Origin: an uncultured Pseudomonadota bacterium
Lineage (GTDB): Bacteria > Myxococcota_A > Polyangia > Fen-1088
NCBI GenBank assembly: GCA_963725905.1
Contig: CAVSAG010000002.1
Coordinates: 1,140,514-1,204,513, forward strand
Length of the DNA stretch: 64,000 bases
Direction of reading: 5' to 3'
Shown here piece by piece: positions 53,970 through 63,011 of this stretch. A program made the position numbers and the translations under genes. Each line of letters begins with the position of its first letter. Position 1 is the first letter of the stretch. The notes under the pieces were generated by a model, which was not told the origin of the DNA, did no database searches, and saw only the letters and a program-made list of their open reading frames with translations.

Positions 53970-56561
53970 ATGCGTCACCGCACTTTCGCCCGTATCCTTT
54001 CGGCTCTCTTCGCGTCCTGCATCTTCATGGCCTCCCGTCTTGCCCCCGCGGCCGGTCCGCCGGCGCAACCGAACGCCGCGCAGATCGCGCTCGGTCTGCG
54101 CAAGCTGGGCGTCGCCGGAAGTGTCCTCTATGTGGCGGCGCACCCCGACGACGAGAACACCGCGCTGCTCGCCTACCTGGCCAACGGCGCGCAGGTGCGC
54201 ACCGCGTACCTGTCTCTCACGCGCGGCGACGGCGGGCAGAACCTGGTCGGCTCGGAGCAGGGGCCGGCCCTGGGGCTCATTCGCACGCAGGAGCTCCTGG
54301 CCGCGCGCCGCATCGACGGCGCCGAGCAGTTCTTCACTCGCGCCCGAGACTTCGGGTTCTCGAAGAGCCCCGAAGAGACGCTGCGCATCTGGGGGAAGGA
54401 CGAGGTCCTGGCGGACGTCGTCGCGGTGATCCGCAAGTTTCGCCCCGACGTGATCGTGACCCGCTTCTCGCCCGGGCCCGCCGAGACCCACGGCCACCAC
54501 ACGGCCTCGGCGATGCTGGCGCTGGCGGCGTTCCGCGCGGCGGCGGATCCAAATTTTCACCCCGAGCAGCTCACCGGCGGCGTCACCGCCTGGCAGGCGC
54601 GCCGCATCTTCTGGAACCGGTCGTCGTTCTTTCTCAAGCCGACCGACGACCTCAGCGGCGACGTCAAGCTGGACGTCAACGACTACAACCCGCTGCTGGG
54701 CGAGTCGTACGGCGAGATGGCCGCCGACAGCCGCAGCATGCACAAGAGTCAGGGGTTCGGCGTGGCCCGCAACCGCGCGTCGATCGTCGAGTACTTCCAC
54801 CTGCTCGACGCGGCGGACGCGAAAGAGAAGGCTGCCAAGAAGCCACTTGCCGGGATCTTCACGGGGATCAATATCGGCCTCGGGCGCTTCCCGGGGACCA
54901 GCAAGCTGAGAGCGCTCGTCGCGAGGGCCGTCGCCAAGCTGGACGTCGCGGCGCCCTACAAGGTGGTCCCCACGTTGGCGCAGATCGACGCTGCCGTGGC
55001 CGAGATTCCCGACGCCGGGTGGCGTGCCGAGAAGCAGCGGGAGGCGGGTGAGCTCCTGGCCTCCTGTGCGGGGCTGTTCGTCGACGCGACGGCGGCAGGC
55101 TCGCTCGTCGCGCCCGGAGCCTGGATCGACGTGACCGCGACGGCCATCAATCGCTCCCCGATCGCGGTGACGATGAGCGCCCCGAGGTTCCCGTTCCCGC
55201 TGGCGCCCGGCGCCGATGCGGCCAGCGTCAGCGTCGGGGCGACACTCGACGCGCGCGGCGAAGCGGCCCACGCGCAGAGAGAGCTCGCGAGGACGGTCAC
55301 GCTGGCGTTGCCGAAGGATGTGCCGGCCACGACGCCGTACTGGCTGGAGGTGCCGCCCGAGGCGGGCCTTTACCACGCCGATCCGGCGCTGATCGGCCTG
55401 CCCGAGCGGCCGTCTCCGCTCGAGGTCACCTTCACCTTCACGATCGCCGGCCGCAAGGTCACCCTCGCGCGGGCCATCAGCTACAAGTGGACCGATCCGG
55501 TGATGGGCGAGCGCCGCTGCCCGCTGGAGGTGACGCCTGTCGTCTCGGTCTCGCCGTCGACGAACGTGCTCATGTTCGCGGGAGCCGCGCCGCAAATATT
55601 CGAGGTCCGGCTGGTGGCCGGGAAGGCCAAGTCGTCGGGCGTGCTGCGCCCCGAGCTGCCTGCCGGTTGGACCGTGGAGCCGTTGCGCGCGCCGTTCAGC
55701 CTCAACGCCGCCGGCGACGAGAAGACGCTCAGCTTCCGCGTCTTCCCGTCAGCGGGCACCGGGCGCCCGGCTGCGGGCAAGCTGCGCCTCTGGGCCGACG
55801 TCGACGGCGAGCATCTCGCGCGCGGGGTGGTGCGGATCGAGCACTCGCACATCCCGATCCAGACGTACCTCGTCGACGCCGATGTGCGGCTGGAGCCGAT
55901 CGAGCTGGCGCTGGGCGGTACGAAGATTGGATACATCCCCGGACCGGGCGACGAGGTGCCGGCTGCCCTGCGGCGGGTCGGCTACCAGGTCACGTTGCTC
56001 GGCGAAGAGGCGCTGGCCGGCGATTCAGCGGCGTTGCTTCGGTTCGACGCCATCGTCGTGGGCGTGCGTGCCTTCAATACCAGCGACCGGCTGCGTGCCG
56101 CGCACGTGATGCTCATGGAGTACGTGAGGGCGGGCGGCACGCTGGTCGTCCAGTACAACACCAACAACCGACTGGCGCCGCTCATCGCAGAGATCGGCCC
56201 CTGGCCGTTCGAGATCGGGCAGAAGCGCGTCACCGACGAGACCGCGCCCGTCACGTTCGCGCTCGCCGGTCATCCAGCGCTCACCACCCCGAACCGCGTC
56301 GGCCCGCACGACTTCGAGGGATGGATCCAGGAGCGCGGCCTCTACTTCGCCGAGAAGGTCGACGCGCGCTACGAGGCGCCGCTGTCGATGAACGATCCGA
56401 AGGAGCCGGCGCAGGCGGGGAGCCTGCTCTGGGCGCACTACGGCAAGGGGACCTTCGTCTACACCGGGCTGGCGTTCTTCCGGCAGCTCCCCGCCGGCGT
56501 GCCGGGCGCGTACCGCCTGTTCGCCAACCTCCTCGCCGGCGGCCACCCGCGGGCCAAGTGA
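53970..56561 (+). CDS. Large secreted PIG-L/LmbE-family deacetylase with C-terminal ThuA/GATase1-like domain
   Basis: Hydrophobic N-terminus ILSALFASCIFMA. PIG-L motifs: ..VLYVAAHPDDEN.., ..SLTRGDGGQN.., ..HGHHTAS... C-terminus: ..DAIVVGVRAFNTS..GGTLVVQYNT... Confidence 0.85.
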   Translation: MRHRTFARILSALFASCIFMASRLAPAAGPPAQPNAAQIALGLRKLGVAGSVLYVAAHPDDENTALLAYLANGAQVRTAYLSLTRGDGGQNLVGSEQGPALGLIRTQELLAARRIDGAEQFFTRARDFGFSKSPEETLRIWGKDEVLADVVAVIRKFRPDVIVTRFSPGPAETHGHHTASAMLALAAFRAAADPNFHPEQLTGGVTAWQARRIFWNRSSFFLKPTDDLSGDVKLDVNDYNPLLGESYGEMAADSRSMHKSQGFGVARNRASIVEYFHLLDAADAKEKAAKKPLAGIFTGINIGLGRFPGTSKLRALVARAVAKLDVAAPYKVVPTLAQIDAAVAEIPDAGWRAEKQREAGELLASCAGLFVDATAAGSLVAPGAWIDVTATAINRSPIAVTMSAPRFPFPLAPGADAASVSVGATLDARGEAAHAQRELARTVTLALPKDVPATTPYWLEVPPEAGLYHADPALIGLPERPSPLEVTFTFTIAGRKVTLARAISYKWTDPVMGERRCPLEVTPVVSVSPSTNVLMFAGAAPQIFEVRLVAGKAKSSGVLRPELPAGWTVEPLRAPFSLNAAGDEKTLSFRVFPSAGTGRPAAGKLRLWADVDGEHLARGVVRIEHSHIPIQTYLVDADVRLEPIELALGGTKIGYIPGPGDEVPAALRRVGYQVTLLGEEALAGDSAALLRFDAIVVGVRAFNTSDRLRAAHVMLMEYVRAGGTLVVQYNTNNRLAPLIAEIGPWPFEIGQKRVTDETAPVTFALAGHPALTTPNRVGPHDFEGWIQERGLYFAEKVDARYEAPLSMNDPKEPAQAGSLLWAHYGKGTFVYTGLAFFRQLPAGVPGAYRLFANLLAGGHPRAK

Positions 56562-56577
56562 CACGGCCAAGCGGGCA

Positions 56578-56730
56578 ATGACGGCGGGCGACGAGCACGA
56601 CGGAGGTGACCGCGCCGAGCTCGGCGACGCGCCGCCCTTCTTGAGCTGGCGGGCCATCTACCTCATCGTCCTCGGCGCGCTGGCGATCGAGATCGTGCTG
56701 GGCGTGGTGCTGACGGCGGTCGCGCGTTGA
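56578..56730 (+). CDS. Possible 50-aa single-TM protein preceding the symporter (small-subunit-like)
   Basis: It translates to MTAGDEHDGGDRAELGDAPPFLSWRAIYLIVLGALAIEIVLGVVLTAVAR. Its stop overlaps the TTG start of the symporter (TTGA at 56727-56730). It is below the ORF-track size cutoff. Confidence 0.45.
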   Translation: MTAGDEHDGGDRAELGDAPPFLSWRAIYLIVLGALAIEIVLGVVLTAVAR

Positions 56731-58439
56731 GCACGCTCGACTGGGGCGTCCTCGGCGGGACGCTGGCCGCGATCGTCGCCTATGGTCTCTGGAAGACGCG
56801 CGGCCCGTCGAACATGGCCGACTTCGTGCACGGCGGTTACCGGGACCGCTGGCTGACGATCGGCCTCGGGGTGATGGCCACGCAGGCCTCGGCGATCACC
56901 TTCCTCTCGATGCCGGGGCAGGCCTACGAGGACGGCATGCGCTTCGTGCAGTTCTACTTCGGGCTGCCGGTGGCGATGGTGATCCTCTCCGTCGCCTTCA
57001 TCCCGCGCTTTTACCGGTCGCGCGTGCTGACCGCCTACGAGCTGCTCGAAACCCGCTTCGATCTGAAGACCCGGCAACTGGCGGCACTCTTGTTTCTCCT
57101 GCAACGGGGCCTGTCGGCCGGGATCACCATCTACGCGCCGGCCATCGTGCTGTCGAAGGTGCTCGGCTGGCCCCTCAACGCGACCTGTCTCATGATCGGC
57201 GGGCTGGTGATCGTCTACACCGTCGCCGGCGGGACGCGCGCGGTCAGCCAGACGCAGAAGCACCAGATGGTGGTGATGCTGCTGGGGATGGTGGTGGCGT
57301 TCGTGGTCATCGTCCATCGCCTGCCACCCGACCTTTCGCTGCGCCACGCGATCGCCGTCGCCGGCACGCTGGGGAAGATGAACGTGGTCGATCTCTCGCC
57401 CAACCTCGGGAGCCGTTACACGCTCTGGTCGGGGCTGACGGGCGGCTGCTTCCTGGCGATGGCCTACTTCGGGACCGATCAGTCACAGGTGCAGCGCTAT
57501 CTGTCGGGTCGGTCGGTGACCGAGAGCCGGATGGGTCTGCTGTTCAACGCGCTGCTCAAGGTCCCGATGCAGTTCCTCATCCTGCTGGTCGGCGTGATGG
57601 TCCTCGTCTTCTATCAGTTCAACCCGCCGCCGCTGTTCTTCAACGAGGCGGAGCTGGCGCGCGTAGCAAAGACACCGCATGCGGCCGAGCTGCGCACGCT
57701 GGAGGTGGAGCACCGCATCGCCTTCGTCAAGAAACGCGTGGCGGCCAACGGCCTCGCGGCGGCGCTCGACGGCGGGGACGCCGCGGTCATCGAGGCGTCG
57801 CGGGCGCGGCTGCGCGCGGCGGCCGCCGGTTCGGAAGCCATCCGGGAGAAGACCCGGGCGCTGCTGACGGTGGCGCTGCCGCGCGCCGAGACGCACGACG
57901 CCGACTACGTCTTCCTGTCGTTCGTGATGGCCAACCTGCCGCGCGGGGTGATCGGTCTTCTGCTGGCGGTCATCCTCTGCGCGGCGATGTCGTCGACGGC
58001 CAGCGAGCTGACCGCGCTGGGCGGCTGCACGCTGGTCGATTTCTACCGCCGCAGCTTTCGCCCGGAGGCGACCGATGCGCACTACCTGCGGGTCGCCAAG
58101 ATCGCCACCGGCGCCTGGGGACTGGTGGCGGTCGCCTTCGCCGGCTTCGCCTCGTTGATCGACAACCTGATCCAGGCGGTCAACATTCTCGGCTCGCTCT
58201 TCTACGGGACGATCCTGGGGATCTTCCTGGCGGCGTTCTTCACGCGCCGCCTGCGGGCGACGCCGGTGTTCCTCGCCGCGATCGCCTCGGAAGTGCTGGT
58301 GATCGGGATCTGGAAAGGCACGAAGATCGGATTCCTCTGGTTCAACGTGATCGGCTGCCTCGCGGTGCTCGCGCTCTCCTTCGCGCTCAACACCACCCGC
58401 CTCGGGCGAGCTCAAGCATCCCTGGAGATCGGTCGATGA
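56727..58439 (+). CDS. Sodium:solute symporter (SSS/SLC5) family transporter
   Basis: About 13-14 TM helices. ..GVMATQASAITFLSMPGQAY.. and ..TVAGGTRAV.. are typical SSS blocks. 570 aa. Confidence 0.9.
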   Translation: MSTLDWGVLGGTLAAIVAYGLWKTRGPSNMADFVHGGYRDRWLTIGLGVMATQASAITFLSMPGQAYEDGMRFVQFYFGLPVAMVILSVAFIPRFYRSRVLTAYELLETRFDLKTRQLAALLFLLQRGLSAGITIYAPAIVLSKVLGWPLNATCLMIGGLVIVYTVAGGTRAVSQTQKHQMVVMLLGMVVAFVVIVHRLPPDLSLRHAIAVAGTLGKMNVVDLSPNLGSRYTLWSGLTGGCFLAMAYFGTDQSQVQRYLSGRSVTESRMGLLFNALLKVPMQFLILLVGVMVLVFYQFNPPPLFFNEAELARVAKTPHAAELRTLEVEHRIAFVKKRVAANGLAAALDGGDAAVIEASRARLRAAAAGSEAIREKTRALLTVALPRAETHDADYVFLSFVMANLPRGVIGLLLAVILCAAMSSTASELTALGGCTLVDFYRRSFRPEATDAHYLRVAKIATGAWGLVAVAFAGFASLIDNLIQAVNILGSLFYGTILGIFLAAFFTRRLRATPVFLAAIASEVLVIGIWKGTKIGFLWFNVIGCLAVLALSFALNTTRLGRAQASLEIGR

Positions 58440-58449
58440 GGGCAGAGCC

Positions 58450-59820
58450 ATGCGCCGGCGGTCGGCCTTTGTCGGTCTGGGGTGGTTGTTGGTGCTGGGG
58501 GGCTGCGGCGGGGGATCGCCGGGGCATGGCGGCTCGACGGGCGGCAACGGTGGCGCCTCGCTCGCCGGCCGCGGCGGCGCCTCGCCCGGTGGAACCGGCG
58601 GGAGTACCGCCGGGACGGGCGGCGCCGGCGGGTCGGCATCGAAGCGTCCCTGGCCCGACTCGACGGCCAGGACGCTGATCCTCGCCGATCAACTCCCCGA
58701 CGGATTGACCGCGGCGCAACAGCAGTTCGTCGTCGGTCACATGGTCGGCACGCAGAAGCTGACGGTGGCCCAATCGCAACCGCTGCGGGTGCTAGCGCCG
58801 AGCTTCCTGGTGCTGCACTACCACCTGGCGATCTGGCAGTCGGCGCCGTCGGTCAGCTTCATCGTCGACGGGACGAGCTGGGGGAACGACTACCCGACGG
58901 TCACGATGAACGAGAGCTGGTTCTGGCACAACCAGGCGGCGGAGCGCGTGGCAGCCGTCGACGACGGCAAGCTGCTGATGAACATCGGTGACAGCGGCTT
59001 CGCGGCGTACTGGAGGTCGTCGATCCTGGCGCAGATCGCGGCGGGGGACTACGACGGGCTATTCGCCGACTCGGCGGGGCCGGATCTCCTGCAGTGGGAG
59101 GCGCAGAGCCCGGCCGAGCCGCGCCTCACGGGGACCGGCGCGCGCGACACCGCGATCGCCGAGCTCGGCGGCCAGACGTACATCGAGGCGTGGCAGGCGT
59201 TCATGACCGACTTCAACGCGGCGCTGGCCGCCGCCGGGCTTGCGCTGATCCCCAACACCGGGTCGTTCACCACCAGCTGGGACACCACCGACTACAGCCT
59301 GACCGCAGGCGTCTTCGTCGAGGGGTTCGCCGACCCGACGTTCGCGCCGGCCGACTGGCAGCGCTCGATGAACCAGATCCTGGCGCTGGCCGGCCAGCAC
59401 AAGATCGTCATCGCGCAGAACTACCTCGACGCTTCGAGCAACGTCGCCGTGCGGCTCTACTACCTCGCCAACTATCTCCTCATGCGGGGCGATCGCAGCT
59501 ACCTCGACTATTTCGCGGGCGGGCCGCTCGAGTGGTACCCGGAGTGGGACGTGGACCTCGGCGCGCCGGTCAAGACGGGCGCCACCGTCGCCGATCTGGC
59601 GATGGGCGGCGCGTACGAGCGTGAGTTCGCCAATGGCTGGGCGGCGGTCAACCCGACCGCGAGCGCGGTAACGCTGACCTTCCCGTCGACCGCGCGGCTG
59701 GTCATGCCGCAAGGAGGCGGCGCGATCGGCGCCAGCGGCGCCGAGCCGGGCTCGCTCGCCTACGAATCGGCGGCGTCGCTGACGCTGCAGCCGGCGACGG
59801 CGGCGATCGTCCTCAAGTAG
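58450..59820 (+). CDS. Lipoprotein with putative glycoside-hydrolase-like TIM-barrel domain (GHL-type), function unknown
   Basis: Lipobox LVLGGC and a Gly-rich linker. ..FLVLHYHLAIW.., ..DGLFADSAG.., ..FVEGFADP.., ..IVIAQNY.. resemble hypothetical GH-like families. It starts 10 nt after the symporter stop. Confidence 0.55.
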   Translation: MRRRSAFVGLGWLLVLGGCGGGSPGHGGSTGGNGGASLAGRGGASPGGTGGSTAGTGGAGGSASKRPWPDSTARTLILADQLPDGLTAAQQQFVVGHMVGTQKLTVAQSQPLRVLAPSFLVLHYHLAIWQSAPSVSFIVDGTSWGNDYPTVTMNESWFWHNQAAERVAAVDDGKLLMNIGDSGFAAYWRSSILAQIAAGDYDGLFADSAGPDLLQWEAQSPAEPRLTGTGARDTAIAELGGQTYIEAWQAFMTDFNAALAAAGLALIPNTGSFTTSWDTTDYSLTAGVFVEGFADPTFAPADWQRSMNQILALAGQHKIVIAQNYLDASSNVAVRLYYLANYLLMRGDRSYLDYFAGGPLEWYPEWDVDLGAPVKTGATVADLAMGGAYEREFANGWAAVNPTASAVTLTFPSTARLVMPQGGGAIGASGAEPGSLAYESAASLTLQPATAAIVLK

Positions 59821-59825
59821 CGGCG

Positions 59826-60905
59826 CTACTCGAGGACCAGCTCGTCCGGGACGTCGGTGTCGCTGGCGCCGACCGCCTCGTCGTGGACGGTCGCCGGGAC
59901 CGACGTCGTGGGCTCGCAGGGGAGAATCACGTCGTTGTCGCCGGCGTGCAAGGTGATCGTCTGGGTCGCCGTCGCGCAGTCCGAGGTGTAGGCGACCAGG
60001 TTGAACGGCGGGCCGGTCGGCAGCGCCTCGAGCTCGCAGGACTCGCCGTCGGTGAAGCAGCTGTAGCTGCTGGAGCGGTCGCCGTTGGCGAAGACCAGCG
60101 TCGCCGAGACGTCGGCGTGATCCGCGCCCGCGAACGAGATCCGCAGGCGCGCGGTTTCCGCGAGCGGATGGGCGCGACAGGGTGGATCGAGACAGACGGG
60201 CTCGGGATCGCCGGCGGGCGGGATCGAGACCGGCAGCTCCACCGGGGTTGTGCGTCCCGTCGCGAGGACCAACATCTGGGTGGGCCCGTCGGGTAAGTCG
60301 ACAGCGAAGCGGCAGTTGTCGTCTACCTCGGCCGTCGCTAGGTCGTGGCCCACCACCTCCGTATCGGTCGGGCGCAGCGAGACCCGATCGTAGGGACAGG
60401 CCTCGCCGAGCGGGAATCCGATCGCGCCGCGCAGGACCGGCAGGGGATCGAGGGTGGCCTCGACGCCGTCGGCGGGTGCCGTCACCGAGCGCAATGTCGT
60501 CGGGCGCAGGTTCGGGCCGTCGAACGTCAGATCGTAGCTCCGCCCGAACACGAGCCCCGGGATCTCGAACGCGCCATCCTGGACGCGGATCCGGCGCCCG
60601 CGTTCGCGCTTTCCCGTCAGCGATGCGCGAACGCCGATGGCGGCACCTTCCGGACCCCGCGCCCGCCCGCGAATGGTCGCGGGCCCGCTCGTCTTGTCCA
60701 GGAGCTCGCGCAGCGTGGGCCCGGACCAGGCCCGGCGCGCGGGCGGTGACGGCGCGCTCGGACCGGCCGGCGGCCGCGTCGGGGCCTCGGACTCGGCCTC
60801 CTCCGGCTCGGGAGGCGGTGCCAGGCGGCGATGGTGTCGGGTGCCCTTCACCGCGAAGAGGAGCAGCGCCACCACCACGATGCCGAGAGCGACGAACAAC
60901 CGCAT
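59826..60905 (-). CDS. N-terminally anchored Pro-rich/Cys-containing protein, function unknown
   Basis: TM MRLFVALGIVVVALLLFAV and a Pro-rich linker. ..IRGRARGPEGAAIGVRASL.. is reminiscent of carboxypeptidase-regulatory-like beta-sandwiches. Coding-like composition. Confidence 0.5.
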   Translation of the reverse strand: MRLFVALGIVVVALLLFAVKGTRHHRRLAPPPEPEEAESEAPTRPPAGPSAPSPPARRAWSGPTLRELLDKTSGPATIRGRARGPEGAAIGVRASLTGKRERGRRIRVQDGAFEIPGLVFGRSYDLTFDGPNLRPTTLRSVTAPADGVEATLDPLPVLRGAIGFPLGEACPYDRVSLRPTDTEVVGHDLATAEVDDNCRFAVDLPDGPTQMLVLATGRTTPVELPVSIPPAGDPEPVCLDPPCRAHPLAETARLRISFAGADHADVSATLVFANGDRSSSYSCFTDGESCELEALPTGPPFNLVAYTSDCATATQTITLHAGDNDVILPCEPTTSVPATVHDEAVGASDTDVPDELVLE

Positions 60906-60956
60906 CCTGATCCAGGGACACCGGATCTGGCCGCGGGTTCCACCGCTCCGAGTTGC

Positions 60957-61766
60957 CTAACGCGCTGTCCAGCCGCCGTCGATCATCAGCGTCGTGCCGG
61001 TGATCATCGAGGCGGCGGGTGAGCAGAGAAAGACGACGGCGGCGGCGACGTCGGGCGGTTCGCCGACGCGGCCGAGCGGGATGCGGGCCAGCAGATCGCG
61101 GCGAAAGTCTTCGTCCTGCAGCCATTTGACCGTGCCGGGCGTGCGGATGAAGGTCGGCGCGACGGCGTTGACGTTGATGCCGTGCGCCGCCCACTCGATG
61201 GCCAGGCACTTGGTCAGGTGGGCGATGGCCGCCTTGGTCATGCAGTAGACCGACTCGGTTGGCAGCGCGACGAAGCCGGCCTGAGAGCTCAGGTTGACGA
61301 TGCGCCCGCCGTGGCCGCCGGCGATCATCGCGCGCCCGACGGCCTGGCTGACGAAGAACGTTCCCTTGAGGTTGACCGCCAGCGTGGCGTCGAAGTCGGT
61401 CTCGGTCACCGCGATGGCCGGGTTGGGCGGGCCGATGCCAGCGTTGTTCACCAGGATGTCCAGGCGGCCGAAGTGGTGGACTGCTTCCGCCACGGCCGGA
61501 GCGATCTCGGCGGGGCGCGCGACGTTCATCTGCAGCGGCAGCGCCCGGCGGCCGAGCGCGCGGATCGCCTCGGCGACGTCGCCACCCGTGCCCGCGTCGC
61601 GGAAGCCCAGCGCCACGTCGGCGCCGGCGCGCGCCAGGGCCAGCGCGCAGGCCCGGCCGATCCCGCGCGCGGCCCCCGTCACGAGCGCGATCCGCCCGGC
61701 CACGTCGAAGGCGGGCGTGGCGTCGGAGGGGGCGGGAGAGATCGTCGAAGTCGGGGTCTCGTTCAT
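60957..61766 (-). CDS. Short-chain dehydrogenase/reductase (FabG-like)
   Basis: ATG at 61766. TGAARGIG cofactor motif, NNAG, catalytic S..YxxxK (SVYCMTKAA), and ..PGTVKW... Confidence 0.9.
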   Translation of the reverse strand: MNETPTSTISPAPSDATPAFDVAGRIALVTGAARGIGRACALALARAGADVALGFRDAGTGGDVAEAIRALGRRALPLQMNVARPAEIAPAVAEAVHHFGRLDILVNNAGIGPPNPAIAVTETDFDATLAVNLKGTFFVSQAVGRAMIAGGHGGRIVNLSSQAGFVALPTESVYCMTKAAIAHLTKCLAIEWAAHGINVNAVAPTFIRTPGTVKWLQDEDFRRDLLARIPLGRVGEPPDVAAAVVFLCSPAASMITGTTLMIDGGWTAR

Positions 61767-61863
61767 ACGGCCACGGTAGCGCGTAACCGGCGTTCGCGGG
61801 CGGCGTAGGACCCGGTGAAACTCACCGGGCCAGGTGGCCCTCGACCCAAACCAGGAGAGAGAC

Positions 61864-62109
61864 ATGAGCATCAAAGGAGCAATGATCGCCGCCTCGGTGG
61901 CCGGGCTGTTCGCGATGGGCGCCTCGGGCGTCGCCTCCGCGAAGAAGGGCGACGACGTGATGTGCAGCGGCGTCAACGCCTGCAAGGGGCAGAGCGCCTG
62001 CAAGGGCGGCGACAACGCCTGCAAGGGAAAGAACGGCTGCAAGGGGCAGGGGAACATGAAGATGAGCAAGGCCGACTGCGAGGCCAAGGGCGGAAAGGCC
62101 GTCAAGTAG
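61864..62109 (+). CDS. Candidate RiPP precursor: 81-aa signal-peptide protein with 6-Cys CKG-repeat core (bufferin-like, 6-Cys type)
   Basis: AGGAGA lies 6 nt upstream of the ATG. MSIKGAMIAASVAGLFAMGASGVASA / KKGDDVMCSGVNACKGQSACKGGDNACKGKNGCKGQGNMKMSKADCEAKGGKAVK. It is immediately upstream of the DUF692 and DUF2063 genes. Confidence 0.7.
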   Translation: MSIKGAMIAASVAGLFAMGASGVASAKKGDDVMCSGVNACKGQSACKGGDNACKGKNGCKGQGNMKMSKADCEAKGGKAVK

Positions 62110-62168
62110 CGCGGGCCGAGACCGGCGGCGCCTGGGCGCGTCGCCGGTCGTGCCACCCGGGGGATCGG

Positions 62169-63011
62169 ATGACCACGTTGTTCCCAAATCTCGGGCGCGG
62201 GCTGGGGTTGCGGCGCGAGCACTACCAACAGGTCGTCGAGGCACGCCCGGCGGTCGACTGGTTCGAGGTGATCACGGAGAACTTCATGGTCGCCGGCGGG
62301 AATCCGCGGCGGGTGCTGGAGGCCGTGCGCGAGGACTACCCGATCGTGCTGCACGGCGTGTCGCTCTCGATCGGCTCGACGGACCCACTCGACGAGGCGT
62401 ATCTGGACGGGGTCGACGCGCTGGCGCGCGCCGTCGAGCCGGCCTGGATCTCCGACCACCTGTCATGGGGAACCGCCCACGGGGTGAACGCGCACGATCT
62501 GTTGCCGCTGCCGTACACCGAGGAGGCTCTCGCGCACGTCGCGCGCCGGGTGGCGCGCGTGCAGGAGCGACTCGGGCGCCGCATCCTGCTGGAGAACCCG
62601 TCCAGCTATCTCCAGCTCGACGGCGACATGACCGAGTGCGAGTTTCTGGCGGAGCTCGCGCGGCGCGCCGACTGCGGCATCCTGCTGGACGTCAACAACG
62701 TCTTCGTCAGCGCGCACAATCACGGCTGGGACGCGGGGGCTTACCTGGCGGCGCTCCCCGCCGCGCGCGTCGGTCAGATTCACCTGGCCGGTCACTCCGC
62801 GGACGGCGAGCTCTTGATCGACACGCACGACGGTTACGTCTGCGACGGTGTCTGGCGGCTCTACGGCGAGGCGATCGCGCGCTTCGGGGCGGTTGCGACG
62901 ATGATCGAGTGGGACGCCGACGTGCCGGCGTTCGAGGAGCTGGAACGGGAGCTGGGGCGGGCGGCGGCCTGCGCGCGGGCGGCGCTCGGGGAGGCGCGCG
63001 ATGCGGCCTAG
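62169..63011 (+). CDS. DUF692 / MNIO-family (MbnB/BufB-like multinuclear non-haem iron oxidase) enzyme
   Basis: ..GLGLRREHY..VDWFEVITENFM..YPIVLHGVSLSIGSTDPLD..WISDHLSWG..HDLLPLPYTEEA..ILLENPSSY.. is the canonical DUF692 block order. Confidence 0.9.
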   Translation: MTTLFPNLGRGLGLRREHYQQVVEARPAVDWFEVITENFMVAGGNPRRVLEAVREDYPIVLHGVSLSIGSTDPLDEAYLDGVDALARAVEPAWISDHLSWGTAHGVNAHDLLPLPYTEEALAHVARRVARVQERLGRRILLENPSSYLQLDGDMTECEFLAELARRADCGILLDVNNVFVSAHNHGWDAGAYLAALPAARVGQIHLAGHSADGELLIDTHDGYVCDGVWRLYGEAIARFGAVATMIEWDADVPAFEELERELGRAAACARAALGEARDAA

